DNA of 32,000 nucleotides, from the NCBI RefSeq assembly GCF_000039765.1, contig NC_004459.3, positions 810,001 through 842,000 of the forward strand. Reading direction: 5' to 3'. This document shows, piece after piece, positions 18,393 to 28,706 of this stretch (position 1 is its first letter; each line of letters begins with the position of its first letter). A program made the translations under genes and the position numbers. Below the pieces are notes generated by a model. It was not told the origin of the DNA, did not search any database, and saw nothing but the letters and a program-made list of their open reading frames with translations. The stretch comes from Vibrio vulnificus CMCP6 (GTDB taxonomy: Bacteria > Pseudomonadota > Gammaproteobacteria > Enterobacterales > Vibrionaceae).

Positions 18393-20369
18393 CTATGGTT
18401 GCGTGACCTGCAAACGCAAATAGTCATTCATCAATTTACGGTAATCCGCTGCCCATTCGGGCTGAGGGTTAGCAATGGTTGTTTCTTGCGAATACAACCC
18501 ATCGCCCCATGGGTAAAGCCGCTCTGGCTTCGACGTGCTATATGCACCCTGCTCTGTGATCACTCGAGACGCATTAAAACCGACATTGCTCACACCCTGA
18601 GTTGAGAGCATATTTTCCCCGCCAAGAGAGACATACTGCTGCGCAGATAAACTCAAATGGTAGAGCGTAGGAAAAATATCGCGATGAGAACCGATACGAC
18701 TTGGATCATACTGATGTTCCACATGCTGTAGGATGCTTTCAGGCACATAGAGATAGAAAGGCACCCCAAAGGTCAAGCCAAACTCTGCCTCTTCATCGAT
18801 GGCTAAGTAACGCACGCGATGATCGCCAGAGGCCGCAATGACGGTTTTCTCAGCCAATGGGGATTGCTTCACACCATGGACAAATTGACCTAGAGAATCG
18901 TTCGCGTATTGGTAGGCTTGCAACAAATCATCCGCCTCTTCCTCCATTGGACCCAGCAAGGTTTTTAATCGCTCACTTGCTTTAACAGGCTTAGCCTGAT
19001 AATCGCTCGGGGCGCGAAATGGCGAGTGGTTGGTCACCGTCATGATGTAAATCAGCGTCGGTTGCGTGGCTTCATCAAGCACTTTACGCGCAAACTTGAA
19101 GGTAAACGCATCGGGCACGCCCCAAGTATCGGCATGTTTAGCGGCATCAGGAAAGGCGTTTTTAATGCTGTTTTCATCGTAAACCTGATCAAAACCTTGT
19201 ACCGGCAAATAATTGGACAAGTTACGCCACATCCCATTGCCACCGTAGATAAACACCACACGATAACCTGCCTGCTTGTACGGTAACACCGCTGAGGATG
19301 CCAACGGTTTTTTCTGTGCACTGGAGTGGCTGATCGTCGGAACATCGCTGTGCATTAGCATCATTACGATGCTATCAATGGTTGCCGAAGTGCCAGCCAT
19401 AAAACGTTTGAAAACAAAATCTTGCTCAAATCCTTCACGTAATGCTCCTAACAAGTCGTTACTTTGAGCATCGTCTTCAATTAACACGTTGGTGCCCATC
19501 CCCTCCATCAGTGCCATCACCACATGCGGGGGATTTTCCGCGAGATAGGCATTCTCTGGCGTGGCGAAGTAAGGTGTAGGCTGTCCAAGCACTTTCATCA
19601 TTTGCGCTTCCACCGCTTGAGCAGAAATAGGCTCAAATTTCGATTGCTTCTTATAGTCACTTTTTGCCCAATCGAGCGCCATAAAGGCATTAGGGGTGAT
19701 GATATTCAGTAGCTTGTTATCTGACACATTGGCGTGATAACGCTTAAGTGGCAAGGTACCGATGGATCCTCTTGCGATCACCACATAAAGCAGAATCATC
19801 ACCACAATGACTGCCGTCGTATAACTCCAATGACGAGGCATGAAACGGCGTTTTTGTAAACGCTCAACCAGCCACTGCGCGCCAACTCGGCTCAACCATG
19901 CCACGGCAAGCGAAACGAAGAAGGAGCGCAAGATCGGGTAATCTTCCCAAGCATTTTCTAATACCGCTTCGGTATCATCATCGAATAAACCAAACGCAAA
20001 CACGTCAATATAGTTGCCATAAGTGACGTAGTAGTAATAGTTGCCGATGGAAAAGGCCGTGAGTAAAAAGAAAATCACAAACGCATAATTGGGAACGGCG
20101 CGTTGCCAGAGCGAAAAACCTCGAGCAAAGGCCGCCAATATCAGCCCGGCTAAAAATAATGGCGCAAAAGCAATCGCAATGATTTTGGCATCAAAACGCG
20201 CCCCCACCCAAAAGGCTCGGAATAGATCATTGCCTAGTCCAGTAAGATCAGAGAAATCTGCGGCCAACAATAAAAAAAGGCCGCGAGAGACCGTAAGCAG
20301 TAGTAACGCCGCAACGATTAAAGAGAAAATGATGCGCATCGCTCGGCGCGCATTTTGCTGGAAATCCAT
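18393..20369 (-). CDS. LTA-synthase-family membrane sulfatase-fold protein (phosphoglycerol/phosphoethanolamine transferase-like)
   Basis: 658 aa; five N-terminal hydrophobic helices, then PHVVMALMEGMGTNVL, MLMHSDVPTISHSSAQKKP, YKQAGYRVVFIYGGNGMWRNL, EKTVIAASGDHRVRYL. Confidence 0.85.
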   Translation of the reverse strand: MDFQQNARRAMRIIFSLIVAALLLLTVSRGLFLLLAADFSDLTGLGNDLFRAFWVGARFDAKIIAIAFAPLFLAGLILAAFARGFSLWQRAVPNYAFVIFFLLTAFSIGNYYYYVTYGNYIDVFAFGLFDDDTEAVLENAWEDYPILRSFFVSLAVAWLSRVGAQWLVERLQKRRFMPRHWSYTTAVIVVMILLYVVIARGSIGTLPLKRYHANVSDNKLLNIITPNAFMALDWAKSDYKKQSKFEPISAQAVEAQMMKVLGQPTPYFATPENAYLAENPPHVVMALMEGMGTNVLIEDDAQSNDLLGALREGFEQDFVFKRFMAGTSATIDSIVMMLMHSDVPTISHSSAQKKPLASSAVLPYKQAGYRVVFIYGGNGMWRNLSNYLPVQGFDQVYDENSIKNAFPDAAKHADTWGVPDAFTFKFARKVLDEATQPTLIYIMTVTNHSPFRAPSDYQAKPVKASERLKTLLGPMEEEADDLLQAYQYANDSLGQFVHGVKQSPLAEKTVIAASGDHRVRYLAIDEEAEFGLTFGVPFYLYVPESILQHVEHQYDPSRIGSHRDIFPTLYHLSLSAQQYVSLGGENMLSTQGVSNVGFNASRVITEQGAYSTSKPERLYPWGDGLYSQETTIANPQPEWAADYRKLMNDYLRLQVTQP

Positions 20370-20515
20370 TGACTAAAAACCTAACGGGTGAGCACTAAAG
20401 GGCGCACATCATAGCATAGAGAGCAAATTGCACCTCAACTCTGGGTGTCAAAGCAGTGATCAAACACACGGACGATCGGCATTTCTATCTCAGCCTTCAA
20501 CCCGTTTCAGGTTCA

Positions 20516-21325
20516 TTAGCACTGACAGTAAGAACAGTAGAAGGTATTGCGTTGCCCTATCTTCTGCTCTTGAATCGCTTCGCCGCATTCTGGGCATGGT
20601 TCTCCCGCTTTTCCATACACTTGCAATTCTTGGGCAAAATACCCCGGCTTACCATCGGCTTGGGAAAAGTCTTTCAATGTCGTGCCACCTTGCTCAATCG
20701 CCGTTTGCAAGGTTTGCTTGATGTGGCTCACCAAGCGTTGCCATTCCTCGGCACTGAGTGACATCGTCGCTCTGGTCGGCAGGATGCGTGAGCGAAACAA
20801 AGATTCGCTGGCATAGATGTTCCCCACACCCACTACGATTTTGTTGTCCATAATAAACTGCTTCACCGCAACGCGTTTTCCTTGCGCTTTTTCAAACATG
20901 TATTGCCCATCAAAGGCATTCGTTAGCGGCTCTGGACCAATATTACCCAACACATCATGGTCTTCCCCTGGCGCTGCATAAAGCCAAGCACCAAAGCGAC
21001 GTGGATCGTTGTAACGCAGCACTTTGCCATTAGAGAGTTTGAGATCGACGTGATCATGTTTGCCTGCTGGGAAGTCAGCGTCCAGCACACGCAATGAACC
21101 GGACATGCCTAAATGCACAATCGCACTGCCGACATCGGTTTCGATGATCAGATATTTGGCTCGGCGGCCAATATGACGAATCACTTGCCCTTGCAGCTTT
21201 TTTAGCTCACTTGGAATGACCCAGCGCAGTTTTGGGGTACGGAAAATCAGTGATTGAATGGTTTGATTGAGCAAATGCGGCGTAATGCCCATTCGGCTCA
21301 CTTCCACTTCTGGTAATTCAGGCAT
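20516..21325 (-). CDS. mutM: Formamidopyrimidine-DNA glycosylase
   Basis: [15 protein letters not shown]-terminus (start chosen at 21325 because the catalytic Pro2/Glu3 must be N-terminal), C-terminal zinc finger [26 protein letters not shown]. Confidence 0.97.
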   Translation of the reverse strand: MPELPEVEVSRMGITPHLLNQTIQSLIFRTPKLRWVIPSELKKLQGQVIRHIGRRAKYLIIETDVGSAIVHLGMSGSLRVLDADFPAGKHDHVDLKLSNGKVLRYNDPRRFGAWLYAAPGEDHDVLGNIGPEPLTNAFDGQYMFEKAQGKRVAVKQFIMDNKIVVGVGNIYASESLFRSRILPTRATMSLSAEEWQRLVSHIKQTLQTAIEQGGTTLKDFSQADGKPGYFAQELQVYGKAGEPCPECGEAIQEQKIGQRNTFYCSYCQC

Positions 21326-21354
21326 GGTGGCTCCAAGGTCAAAATGCTCAATGT

Positions 21355-21852
21355 CTAGTAGGGAAACAAATAATCGGTTGAAACTGAAATGGCAATCCAT
21401 TGGTCTTGCCAATTCTTAAAGACCCAAAAATCCGTAAGACGGTAAAACGTGATTCTTTGTGGCTCTTCCTGATCTTGGTACCACACTTCGATGGTTTCTG
21501 GTTCAATCAATTGTGGCGCCAATTTTTGCATTGTCGCCTCATCCAATTGCGTCCCGAGTAACGATTGCCATCTCTGCGCCCACTCTTGCGGAGAAATGGA
21601 GAGCTCACGCGCGGTAACCCACATTCCCTTTTGCCACTCTAAGCTATTATCGGAAAGCTGGATGGAGAGTAACTGAGTCTCGGGGTTCAATAGAGAAGGA
21701 TAGCCGTTGATACTTTCAATCTGAGTCGTGCTCTGATCGTCAAGCAAATAGGTTTTGATCAACGTCGGGGCATTGATGATCACAATAAAGAAGGTGATGC
21801 CAGCGATGAGGATATTATTCCATCTCCGGCGACGCTTTGGTGAAACCCGCAT
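21355..21852 (-). CDS. Conserved-looking hypothetical protein with one N-terminal transmembrane helix
   Basis: Start chosen at [39 protein letters not shown]. The track ORF extends to 21891. Tightly upstream of mutM. Confidence 0.6.
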   Translation of the reverse strand: MRVSPKRRRRWNNILIAGITFFIVIINAPTLIKTYLLDDQSTTQIESINGYPSLLNPETQLLSIQLSDNSLEWQKGMWVTARELSISPQEWAQRWQSLLGTQLDEATMQKLAPQLIEPETIEVWYQDQEEPQRITFYRLTDFWVFKNWQDQWIAISVSTDYLFPY

Positions 21853-21916
21853 ATTCTCAATCCTGACTGATAACTGAGCAAAGTATACCAACCAAGAGAA
21901 AAGCGAGGTACTAGTT

Positions 21917-22056
21917 TTCTAGGTTCTAGGTTCTAGGTTCTAGGTTCTAGGTTCTAGGTTCTAGGTTCTAGGTTCTAGGTTCTAGGTTCTAGGTTCTAGG
22001 TTCTAGGTTCTAGGTTCTAGGTTCTAGGTTCTAGGTTCTAGGTTCTAGGTTCTAGG
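21917..22056. repeat. Perfect heptanucleotide tandem array, (TTCTAGG)x20
   Basis: Read directly: 140 bp with strict 7-bp period and no visible mismatches, starting after ...ACTAGT and ending before AGGATC. Confidence 0.98.
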
Positions 22057-22080
22057 AGGATCTTAAAAAACAGCAAATAA

Positions 22081-22106
22081 AAAACCCAGCTCGAAAGCTG
22101 GGTTTT
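22081..22106 (-). terminator. Rho-independent terminator of rpmB-rpmG
   Basis: AAAACCCAGCT-CGAA-AGCTGGGTTTT perfect stem. In the minus direction it is followed by TTATTTGCTGTTTTTT. Confidence 0.85.
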
Positions 22107-22133
22107 CTACAATCTTCAAAGAGACTCAATCAA

Positions 22134-22304
22134 TTACTTGATTTTCGCTTCTTTGTACACAACGTGCTGGCGTACTACTGGATCAAATTTTTTGATCTCG
22201 AACTTGCCTGGCATGTTGCGCTTGTTTTTGTCAGTTGTGTAGAAGTGACCAGTATTTGCAGTAGATACTAGACGAATTTTCTCACGAATGCCTTTCTTAG
22301 CCAT
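22134..22304 (-). CDS. rpmG: 50S ribosomal protein L33
   Basis: Translated from minus strand: [56 protein letters not shown]. Missing from the supplied ORF track. Confidence 0.97.
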
Positions 22305-22319
22305 TGCTAATTCCTCTTA

Positions 22320-22556
22320 TTAAACGTTTTCGCCGCGTGCACGCATATCAGCTAGAACAACATCGATGCCTTTCTTATCGATGATGCGCATGCCTTTTGC
22401 AGTCAGGCGTAGTTTAACAAAACGTTTTTCGCTCTCTACCCAGAAACGATGAGTTTGTAGGTTCGGCAGAAAACGACGCTTAGTAGCATTTCGTGCGTGT
22501 GAGCGGTTGTTACCAACTGCAGGACGCTTACCAGTTACTTGGCATACTCGGGACAT
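22320..22556 (-). CDS. rpmB: 50S ribosomal protein L28
   Basis: [39 protein letters not shown]; true start is the internal Met at 22556, 5 codons inside the track ORF. Confidence 0.97.
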   Translation of the reverse strand: MSRVCQVTGKRPAVGNNRSHARNATKRRFLPNLQTHRFWVESEKRFVKLRLTAKGMRIIDKKGIDVVLADMRARGENV

Positions 22557-22867
22557 GAATGTCTTCTCCAAATCGTTTCAGCTCGATATCAACCTTGGTG
22601 GCCGAACCTCATCAATTAGAGGTCAAATACCATTATGGAAAATCCATACAAGGCTATCAAAGGTCGCGCATTATACTAACTTGCCATGCATTGCTCAAGA
22701 CCCGAACAGATCCTTTTTACAGGTTTTCGTGATCTTTTTTTAGACAGCACGTTTTCAAGTAGTCCAAGCTGAATGTAAGTTAAAAATTTTGAGTGGCGAG
22801 GATTGTAGCAGAAACTCACTTATGAACAACAAAAAGTTTGCCTGTCAAGAGCGATGATTTTATTAAC

Positions 22868-23542
22868 TCAAATCCAGCCTCTTTCTGCAAAGGAAACCAC
22901 TTCCCCATCGCCCACCACAAAGTGGTCCAATACCCGTATATCCACTAAGCCCAATGCGTCACTCAAACGTCGAGTAATTCGCCGATCTGCTTGGCTTGGC
23001 TCTGCTACGCCTGAGGGATGGTTGTGCGCCAATATTAAAGCTGCCGCATTATAGTGTAAGGCTCTTTTAACAACTTCCCGAGGATAGACCGAGGCGGCAT
23101 CGATGGTGCCTTCAAACATCACCTCATCTTTAATGACACGATTTTGATTATCGAGGAACAACACATAAAACGCTTCTCGATGGCGATCGCGCAGCATGGA
23201 AGAGAGATAAAGCTTAGTGTGCTGTGGACTGGTGAGCGCATCACCACGTTGCAATGTTTCGGCCAAATAACGTTGCGTCATTTCCAAAACAGCTTGTAAT
23301 TGAACGTATTTTGCCTGCCCCAATCCTTTGTGACGGCAAAAGCTCTGTTCATCGGCGGAAAACAGTTTTCTCAGCGAGCCAAAGTCTCGCAATAAAAAAT
23401 CGGCAAGTTCAATTACGTTCATTCCTTGTGTGCCTGTTCGCAAAAAGATCGCAAGCAACTCGGCATCAGACAAAGATTGAGGCCCTCGCTGAAGCAACTT
23501 TTCTCTTGGCATGGATTCACTAGGCAGGTTTTTTAGGCTCAT
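22868..23542 (-). CDS. radC: RadC family (JAB/MPN) protein
   Basis: [33 protein letters not shown] and the RadC metal motif [20 protein letters not shown]. Confidence 0.96.
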   Translation of the reverse strand: MSLKNLPSESMPREKLLQRGPQSLSDAELLAIFLRTGTQGMNVIELADFLLRDFGSLRKLFSADEQSFCRHKGLGQAKYVQLQAVLEMTQRYLAETLQRGDALTSPQHTKLYLSSMLRDRHREAFYVLFLDNQNRVIKDEVMFEGTIDAASVYPREVVKRALHYNAAALILAHNHPSGVAEPSQADRRITRRLSDALGLVDIRVLDHFVVGDGEVVSFAERGWI

Positions 23543-23655
23543 CGTCTCTCTCAGTCATCTTAGATGCGCCTATTGCAACGAGAAAACCAGCAAAGTCTAG
23601 TATGACGATGCTGGTTCGTTATTAATAGAAGACAATAATGTAACTGAGCATTTTA

Positions 23656-25323
23656 TCAGAGCTTAAAGTGACCGACCAAATCATGCATTTCTTGGCCAGA
23701 TACACTCAAGCGTGTGCTAATGGTTTCCGACTCTTGTAAGTTGTGATTAATCTCATTAACGATTTGCTGAATGGTGACCAGGTTTTGATTGATGTCCTCA
23801 GCGACCGCGCTCTGTTGTTCAGCGGCGGATGCCGTTTGAATGCCCATATCACGGATCATTTCCACCGCCGACTGGATACCAGCAAGTGATTCTTTGATTT
23901 GCACTGACTCAAGCGCCGTTTGTTCGCCACGCTCTTGGCTGGCAGACATAGTGGTGACCGCTCTGGCCACACCATTTTGCAACTGCTTAAGCATATCGCC
24001 AATTTCCAGCGTGCTGTTTTGTGTGCGACTCGCTAATGAACGAACTTCATCGGCAACCACGGCAAATCCGCGGCCTTGCTCTCCCGCACGCGCCGCTTCA
24101 ATGGCGGCATTCAATGCCAGTAAGTTCGTTTGCTCGGCAATTTCGCCTATCACTTGCAACACTTTGGTGATTTGATCGGTCTGTTGGCTAAGCTGAGAAA
24201 TGGCGTCTGAGGTGATGTTCACTTCGTCGACCAATTTACCAATCCCTTCTATCGCGTGATTCACTTCGACTTGCGCTTCTGAGATCTGCGCATTGGCAGA
24301 ATCAATGGCCTGCGCCGTGGCATGGGTATTGTTGGCGACTTCTCTCGCCGTGGCGCTCATTTCCGTCACGGCGGTGACTACTTTATCCGTCTCCAAACAG
24401 TGCGTTTGCATTTGGTTACTGGCTAACGAGGTTTGTTGATCCAGCCCAGAGGCAGCGCTTTGCACTGTTTGCGCCGAGCTGCGAATATCGACCATCAAAG
24501 GATGCAATTTGTCCATAAACTGGTTGAAGGCTTTGGCCACTTCCCCCACTTCATCTTGGCTTTCGACACTCAAACGAGCGGTTAAATCGCCACCGCCTGC
24601 CGCTACATCTTGCAATGAGGCCGCGATATGTTGCAGCGGCAAAATCGCCCGAGAAACAATCACGCTGATCACACCACACGCAATCAATAACCCCACCAAC
24701 GTGAATCCAATCGCCGATAAGGTATGCTCATTCAAACTGGCAATACTTTGTACACGATGCTCTGCCACTTGCGTGTCGATATCGTCAATGTAGATCCCTG
24801 TGCCGAGTACCCAATCCCATTTTGGTAGATATTCCGCATAACCCAATTTAGGCGCTTGCGCATTGATGGTCGGCTTGTGCCAAGAGAAATAAAGAAAGCC
24901 ATCGCCTTTTTGTGAAGCGTCAATCAACCCCGCTATCACCGCGACACCATTGTCATCTTTCATGCCGTAAAGGTTTTTACCTTCCAACTCCGGCTTGATC
25001 GCGTGCAGCGTGTTGACGCCTTTGGAATCATAAGCAAAAAAGTAACCATCACTTTCAAAGCGCATTGCTTTCAAAATCTGTTTGGCTTGTTGTTGATTGT
25101 TGCCATTCACATCCGCGTCATACAGCGGTTTAATGGCGGTGACGCCCATCATCAAATAGGCTTTTAACTCGCTTTTGCGCGTTTCAATCAGCTCATTTCG
25201 ATATTCGCTGAGTTCAACGTCTAAGCTTTTTACACTGTTAAAATAGAAAACCGCTGTCACCATCGCTGTCAGCAGCACTAATGGGATTAACGTTAGCAGC
25301 AATAATTTGTTCCGACTCTTCAT
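23656..25323 (-). CDS. Methyl-accepting chemotaxis protein with periplasmic Cache domain
   Basis: Signal/TM helix ([22 protein letters not shown]), Cache-like [44 protein letters not shown], and signalling hairpin [40 protein letters not shown]. Start chosen at MKSRNK. Confidence 0.93.
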   Translation of the reverse strand: MKSRNKLLLLTLIPLVLLTAMVTAVFYFNSVKSLDVELSEYRNELIETRKSELKAYLMMGVTAIKPLYDADVNGNNQQQAKQILKAMRFESDGYFFAYDSKGVNTLHAIKPELEGKNLYGMKDDNGVAVIAGLIDASQKGDGFLYFSWHKPTINAQAPKLGYAEYLPKWDWVLGTGIYIDDIDTQVAEHRVQSIASLNEHTLSAIGFTLVGLLIACGVISVIVSRAILPLQHIAASLQDVAAGGGDLTARLSVESQDEVGEVAKAFNQFMDKLHPLMVDIRSSAQTVQSAASGLDQQTSLASNQMQTHCLETDKVVTAVTEMSATAREVANNTHATAQAIDSANAQISEAQVEVNHAIEGIGKLVDEVNITSDAISQLSQQTDQITKVLQVIGEIAEQTNLLALNAAIEAARAGEQGRGFAVVADEVRSLASRTQNSTLEIGDMLKQLQNGVARAVTTMSASQERGEQTALESVQIKESLAGIQSAVEMIRDMGIQTASAAEQQSAVAEDINQNLVTIQQIVNEINHNLQESETISTRLSVSGQEMHDLVGHFKL

Positions 25324-25604
25324 AACAAGTTCCGTCGCTATCCATATGATTGTTTTAATTTTTAAGAGGTATCGCAAACATTATCTGGTGTCTATTTAGT
25401 CAATGTCTGTGAGCAACGTGCTGTTTCTCTGATCTCTTTGTCGAGTTTGTCTTCAATTAGAGAAGTAAAACCGCCCTGGTCGTTTCTCTATTATTCAGGC
25501 GAACAATCCGATCCCAACCTTGCACTATCAATCGCCTATCTTTCAATCACCTGAGCAGATAATTTGTGTTAGGATCGGCAACAGTTATTTTGGAGAGTAA
25601 TCAA

Positions 25605-26810
25605 ATGCAAACATTGGCAGGAAAGAAGATTCTACTGGGTATCAGTGGTGGTATTGCGGCCTACAAATGTGCAGACCTCACCCGACGTCTTAAAGAAAGA
25701 GGCGCAGAGGTGCAAGTGGTGATGACCAAAGCCGCGAAAGAATTTATTACCCCGCTCACGATGCAGGCAGTCTCTGGCCGACCAGTCTCGGATAGCTTGC
25801 TTGATCCCGCCGCCGAAGCCTCAATGGGCCACATCGAGCTGGCGAAGTGGGCCGATTTAATTTTGCTTGCTCCTGCCACTGCGGATCTGATTGCTCGCAT
25901 GGCCGCTGGCATGGGCAACGACCTACTGACCACCTTAGTGTTGGCCACTGACGCCCCTGTTGCGGTCTCTCCAGCGATGAATCAACAGATGTATCGCAAC
26001 GTCGCGACCCAAGAGAACATTGCGACTCTGAGCCGACGCGGTATGGAAATCTGGGGCCCAGCGGCTGGCGAACAAGCGTGTGGCGATGTGGGCCCAGGCC
26101 GTATGTTAGAGCCGATGCAGTTGGTTGCGTTGTGCGAACAATTCTTCCAGCCAAAACCGCTGCAAGACAAATCGATTTTGATCACTGCGGGTCCAACTCG
26201 CGAAGCCATTGACCCTGTGCGCTACATTACCAACCACAGCTCAGGCAAAATGGGTTATGCGCTGGCGCAAGCCGCAATGCAATTGGGTGCGAATGTGACA
26301 CTTGTCAGCGGCCCGGTTTCTCTGCCAACCCCCGTCAATGTCAACCGCATCAACGTCGACAGTGCCCAAGAAATGTATGACGCCGTGATGGCTCAGGCAT
26401 CTGATCACGATATCTTCATCAGTTGCGCGGCCGTGGCAGATTACCGCCCAGCTACAATTGCTGAGCAAAAACTGAAGAAAACTGACGACAGTGATGAAAT
26501 GACCATCACTATGGTGAAGAATCCCGATATCGTCGCGTCTGTCTCCGCCATGACGGAGAATCGTCCTTTTACAGTCGGCTTTGCGGCAGAAACCAACGAC
26601 GTTGAAGTGTACGCTCGCCGTAAACTGGAAAAGAAAAAGCTCGATCTGCTCTGCGCGAACGACGTGTCCGTGGAAGGGCAAGGCTTCAACAGCAGCGACA
26701 ATGCGATTACGCTTTACTGGTCACAGGGAGAGAAAGCCCTGCCACTCAACAGCAAAGCGGTATTAAGTATGGAGATCTTGAAACAGATCCAAACCCTGAT
26801 GGGTCACTAA
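25605..26810 (+). CDS. coaBC: Bifunctional phosphopantothenoylcysteine decarboxylase / phosphopantothenate-cysteine ligase
   Basis: [38 protein letters not shown]..., APAMNQQMY-like [42 protein letters not shown]. Confidence 0.96.
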   Translation: MQTLAGKKILLGISGGIAAYKCADLTRRLKERGAEVQVVMTKAAKEFITPLTMQAVSGRPVSDSLLDPAAEASMGHIELAKWADLILLAPATADLIARMAAGMGNDLLTTLVLATDAPVAVSPAMNQQMYRNVATQENIATLSRRGMEIWGPAAGEQACGDVGPGRMLEPMQLVALCEQFFQPKPLQDKSILITAGPTREAIDPVRYITNHSSGKMGYALAQAAMQLGANVTLVSGPVSLPTPVNVNRINVDSAQEMYDAVMAQASDHDIFISCAAVADYRPATIAEQKLKKTDDSDEMTITMVKNPDIVASVSAMTENRPFTVGFAAETNDVEVYARRKLEKKKLDLLCANDVSVEGQGFNSSDNAITLYWSQGEKALPLNSKAVLSMEILKQIQTLMGH

Positions 26811-26960
26811 TCGACATATCGCCCTCCGTTATTGATCAGGTTATTCGTACAGCTTTTTGCTAAACGATCTCACAAAACCTGATCGATACCTGATGTCTTG
26901 AACTGGGCATGCTGATATAATCGCAGACGAAAAAACGTCTATTCAAAAGGAAGTTAATCA

Positions 26961-27551
26961 ATGGCAGGCAGTAAAAAATCAAACCGCCGTGAAGAGATCC
27001 TCCAAGCTCTTGCTCATATGTTGGAGTCTGCGGAAGGGGCATCGCGTATAACCACCGCGAAGTTGGCACAACAGGTGGGCGTATCAGAAGCGGCACTTTA
27101 TCGCCATTTTCCAAGCAAAGCGCGTATGTTTGAAGGTTTGATTGAGTTTATTGAAGAAGCCTTGATGTCGCGTATCAACCGTATCTTAGATGAAGAGAAA
27201 GACACGCTAGAACGTATTCGTTTGGTACTGCAACTGCTGCTCGCCTTTGCGGAGCGCAACCCAGGGTTAACGCGTATTATGTCCGGCCATGCGCTGATGT
27301 TTGAAAATGAACGACTGCGCGATCGCATTAACCAACTGTTTGAACGCATCGAAACTCAGCTGCGTCAGATTCTACGTGAGCGCAAATTGCGTGAGGGGAA
27401 ATCCTTCCCTGTCGAAGAGAAAATCCTCGCCGCTCAGTTACTAGGCCAAGTGGAAGGCAGTTTGAATCGCTTCGTTCGTTCCGATTTTAAATACCAACCA
27501 ACTGAAAATTTTGAGGAATACTGGGCATTGCTCAGTGCACAGATTAAGTAA
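26961..27551 (+). CDS. slmA: Nucleoid occlusion factor SlmA (TetR family)
   Basis: [66 protein letters not shown]. Confidence 0.95.
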   Translation: MAGSKKSNRREEILQALAHMLESAEGASRITTAKLAQQVGVSEAALYRHFPSKARMFEGLIEFIEEALMSRINRILDEEKDTLERIRLVLQLLLAFAERNPGLTRIMSGHALMFENERLRDRINQLFERIETQLRQILRERKLREGKSFPVEEKILAAQLLGQVEGSLNRFVRSDFKYQPTENFEEYWALLSAQIK

Positions 27552-27554
27552 TTT

Positions 27555-28493
27555 ATGGCAACTGCAACAAAACCTGCGTTTTCAATTTCGCTGCTTCACC
27601 CTAAATACTGGCCTGTTTGGCTAGGCTTTGGCTTACTTGCCATCCTTGTCACCATCCTGCCGTACAAATTGCAACTTTGGCTAGGTCGCGGTCTTGGGCA
27701 ATTTTCCATGCGCTTCGCCAAAAGCCGTGTGCATGTCGCTCATCGTAACTTGGAGCTGGCCTTTCCAGAAATGGGCGAGCAAGAGCGCGAGGCCATTGTG
27801 GTTGAAAACTTCAAAAACACCGGCTTAGCATTGTTTGAAACGGGCATCGCCTGGTTTTGGCCAGATTGGCGCATCAAACGTCATGTTGTTTTTGGTGACA
27901 CCCGAGAACTGATGGAACTGGATGCCAATAAGAAAGGGGTGTTAGTGGTGTGTACGCACTCACTTAACCTTGAGATCACTGCACGTGCCTTTTCATTGTT
28001 TGCGCCCGGTTATGGCGTGTATCGCCCACATGACAACCCCGCTTACGACTTTATTCAAACTTGGGGTCGCACCCGTTGTGGCAACCAAATGGTGGATCGT
28101 AAAGATGTCAAAGGCATGTTGAAAATTCTACGCGGTGGTGGCCGCTTGTGGTACTTGCCTGACCATGACTATGGCAACAACCATGCGGTATTTGTCCCCT
28201 TCTTTGCAGTACCCGATGCGTGTACAACAGCAGGAACAGGCGTATTAGTGGATGCGAGTAAGTGTGCGGTGATCACCGCGTCTAGTTTCCGCAAAGGCGA
28301 AACGTATACGCTAGAAATCGACCCGGATATCAGCGACCAATTCCCACGTAAAGACGCGGTTGGTGCGGCAACGGTGATGAACCAAGCGATTGAGAAAGTG
28401 ATTTTGCGTGGATTAGATCAATGGATGTGGCTGCACAAACGCTTTAAGAGCATGGCTGACCCAAGCCAACCACGCGGCATTCGTTATAAATAG
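27555..28493 (+). CDS. LpxL-family lipid A secondary acyltransferase
   Basis: 312 aa; HPKYWPVWLGFGLL, VVCTHSLNLEITARAFSLF (H-x4-E/D-like acyltransferase motif), PDHDYGNNHAVFVPFF. Confidence 0.88.
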   Translation: MATATKPAFSISLLHPKYWPVWLGFGLLAILVTILPYKLQLWLGRGLGQFSMRFAKSRVHVAHRNLELAFPEMGEQEREAIVVENFKNTGLALFETGIAWFWPDWRIKRHVVFGDTRELMELDANKKGVLVVCTHSLNLEITARAFSLFAPGYGVYRPHDNPAYDFIQTWGRTRCGNQMVDRKDVKGMLKILRGGGRLWYLPDHDYGNNHAVFVPFFAVPDACTTAGTGVLVDASKCAVITASSFRKGETYTLEIDPDISDQFPRKDAVGAATVMNQAIEKVILRGLDQWMWLHKRFKSMADPSQPRGIRYK

Positions 28494-28500
28494 TTAGGTT

Positions 28501-28522
28501 CTAGGTTGCTAGGGACTAGAAG
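28501..28522. repeat. Degenerate CTAG-repeat flank of the 8-bp array
   Basis: CTAGGTTG-CTAGGGA-CTAGAAG (CTAG starts at 28501, 28509, 28516). Confidence 0.8.
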
Positions 28523-28527
28523 CCTAT

Positions 28528-28663
28528 ATAACTAGATAACTAGATAGCTAGATAACTAGATAACTAGATAACTAGATAACTAGATAACTAGATAACTAGA
28601 TAACTAGATAACTAGATAACTAGATAACTAGATAACTAGATAACTAGATAACTAGATAACTAG
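28528..28663. repeat. Octanucleotide tandem array, (ATAACTAG)x17 with one variant unit (ATAGCTAG at 28544-28551)
   Basis: 136 bp read directly with strict 8-bp period between the convergent acyltransferase and pyrE genes. Confidence 0.97.
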
Positions 28664-28693
28664 ATTCTAGGAGCTGCTTTTCCTAGAATCTAG
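28660..28693. repeat. 13-bp perfect inverted repeat with 8-nt loop, overlapping the end of the 8-bp array
   Basis: CTAGATTCTAGGA (28660-28672) - GCTGCTTT - TCCTAGAATCTAG (28681-28693). Confidence 0.93.
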
Positions 28694-28706
28694 CCCCTGC
28701 CTTTAC

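Noticed and set aside
20456-20761. 101-aa plus-strand ORF overlapping the mutM 3' end
   Set aside because: It is mostly antisense to the conserved zinc-finger end of mutM and shows no recognisable domain.
21917-22056. Possible CRISPR array
   Set aside because: The unit is 7 bp with no spacers between repeats and no cas genes nearby, so it is a simple tandem repeat.
25756-26154. 132-aa plus-strand ORF inside coaBC
   Set aside because: It is an alternate frame of a well-conserved enzyme with Arg/Pro/Gln-rich composition typical of out-of-frame translation.
28528-28663. Possible iteron origin or phage attachment site
   Set aside because: The unit is only 8 bp with no replication initiator, integrase or tRNA nearby, so nothing in the window supports either reading.
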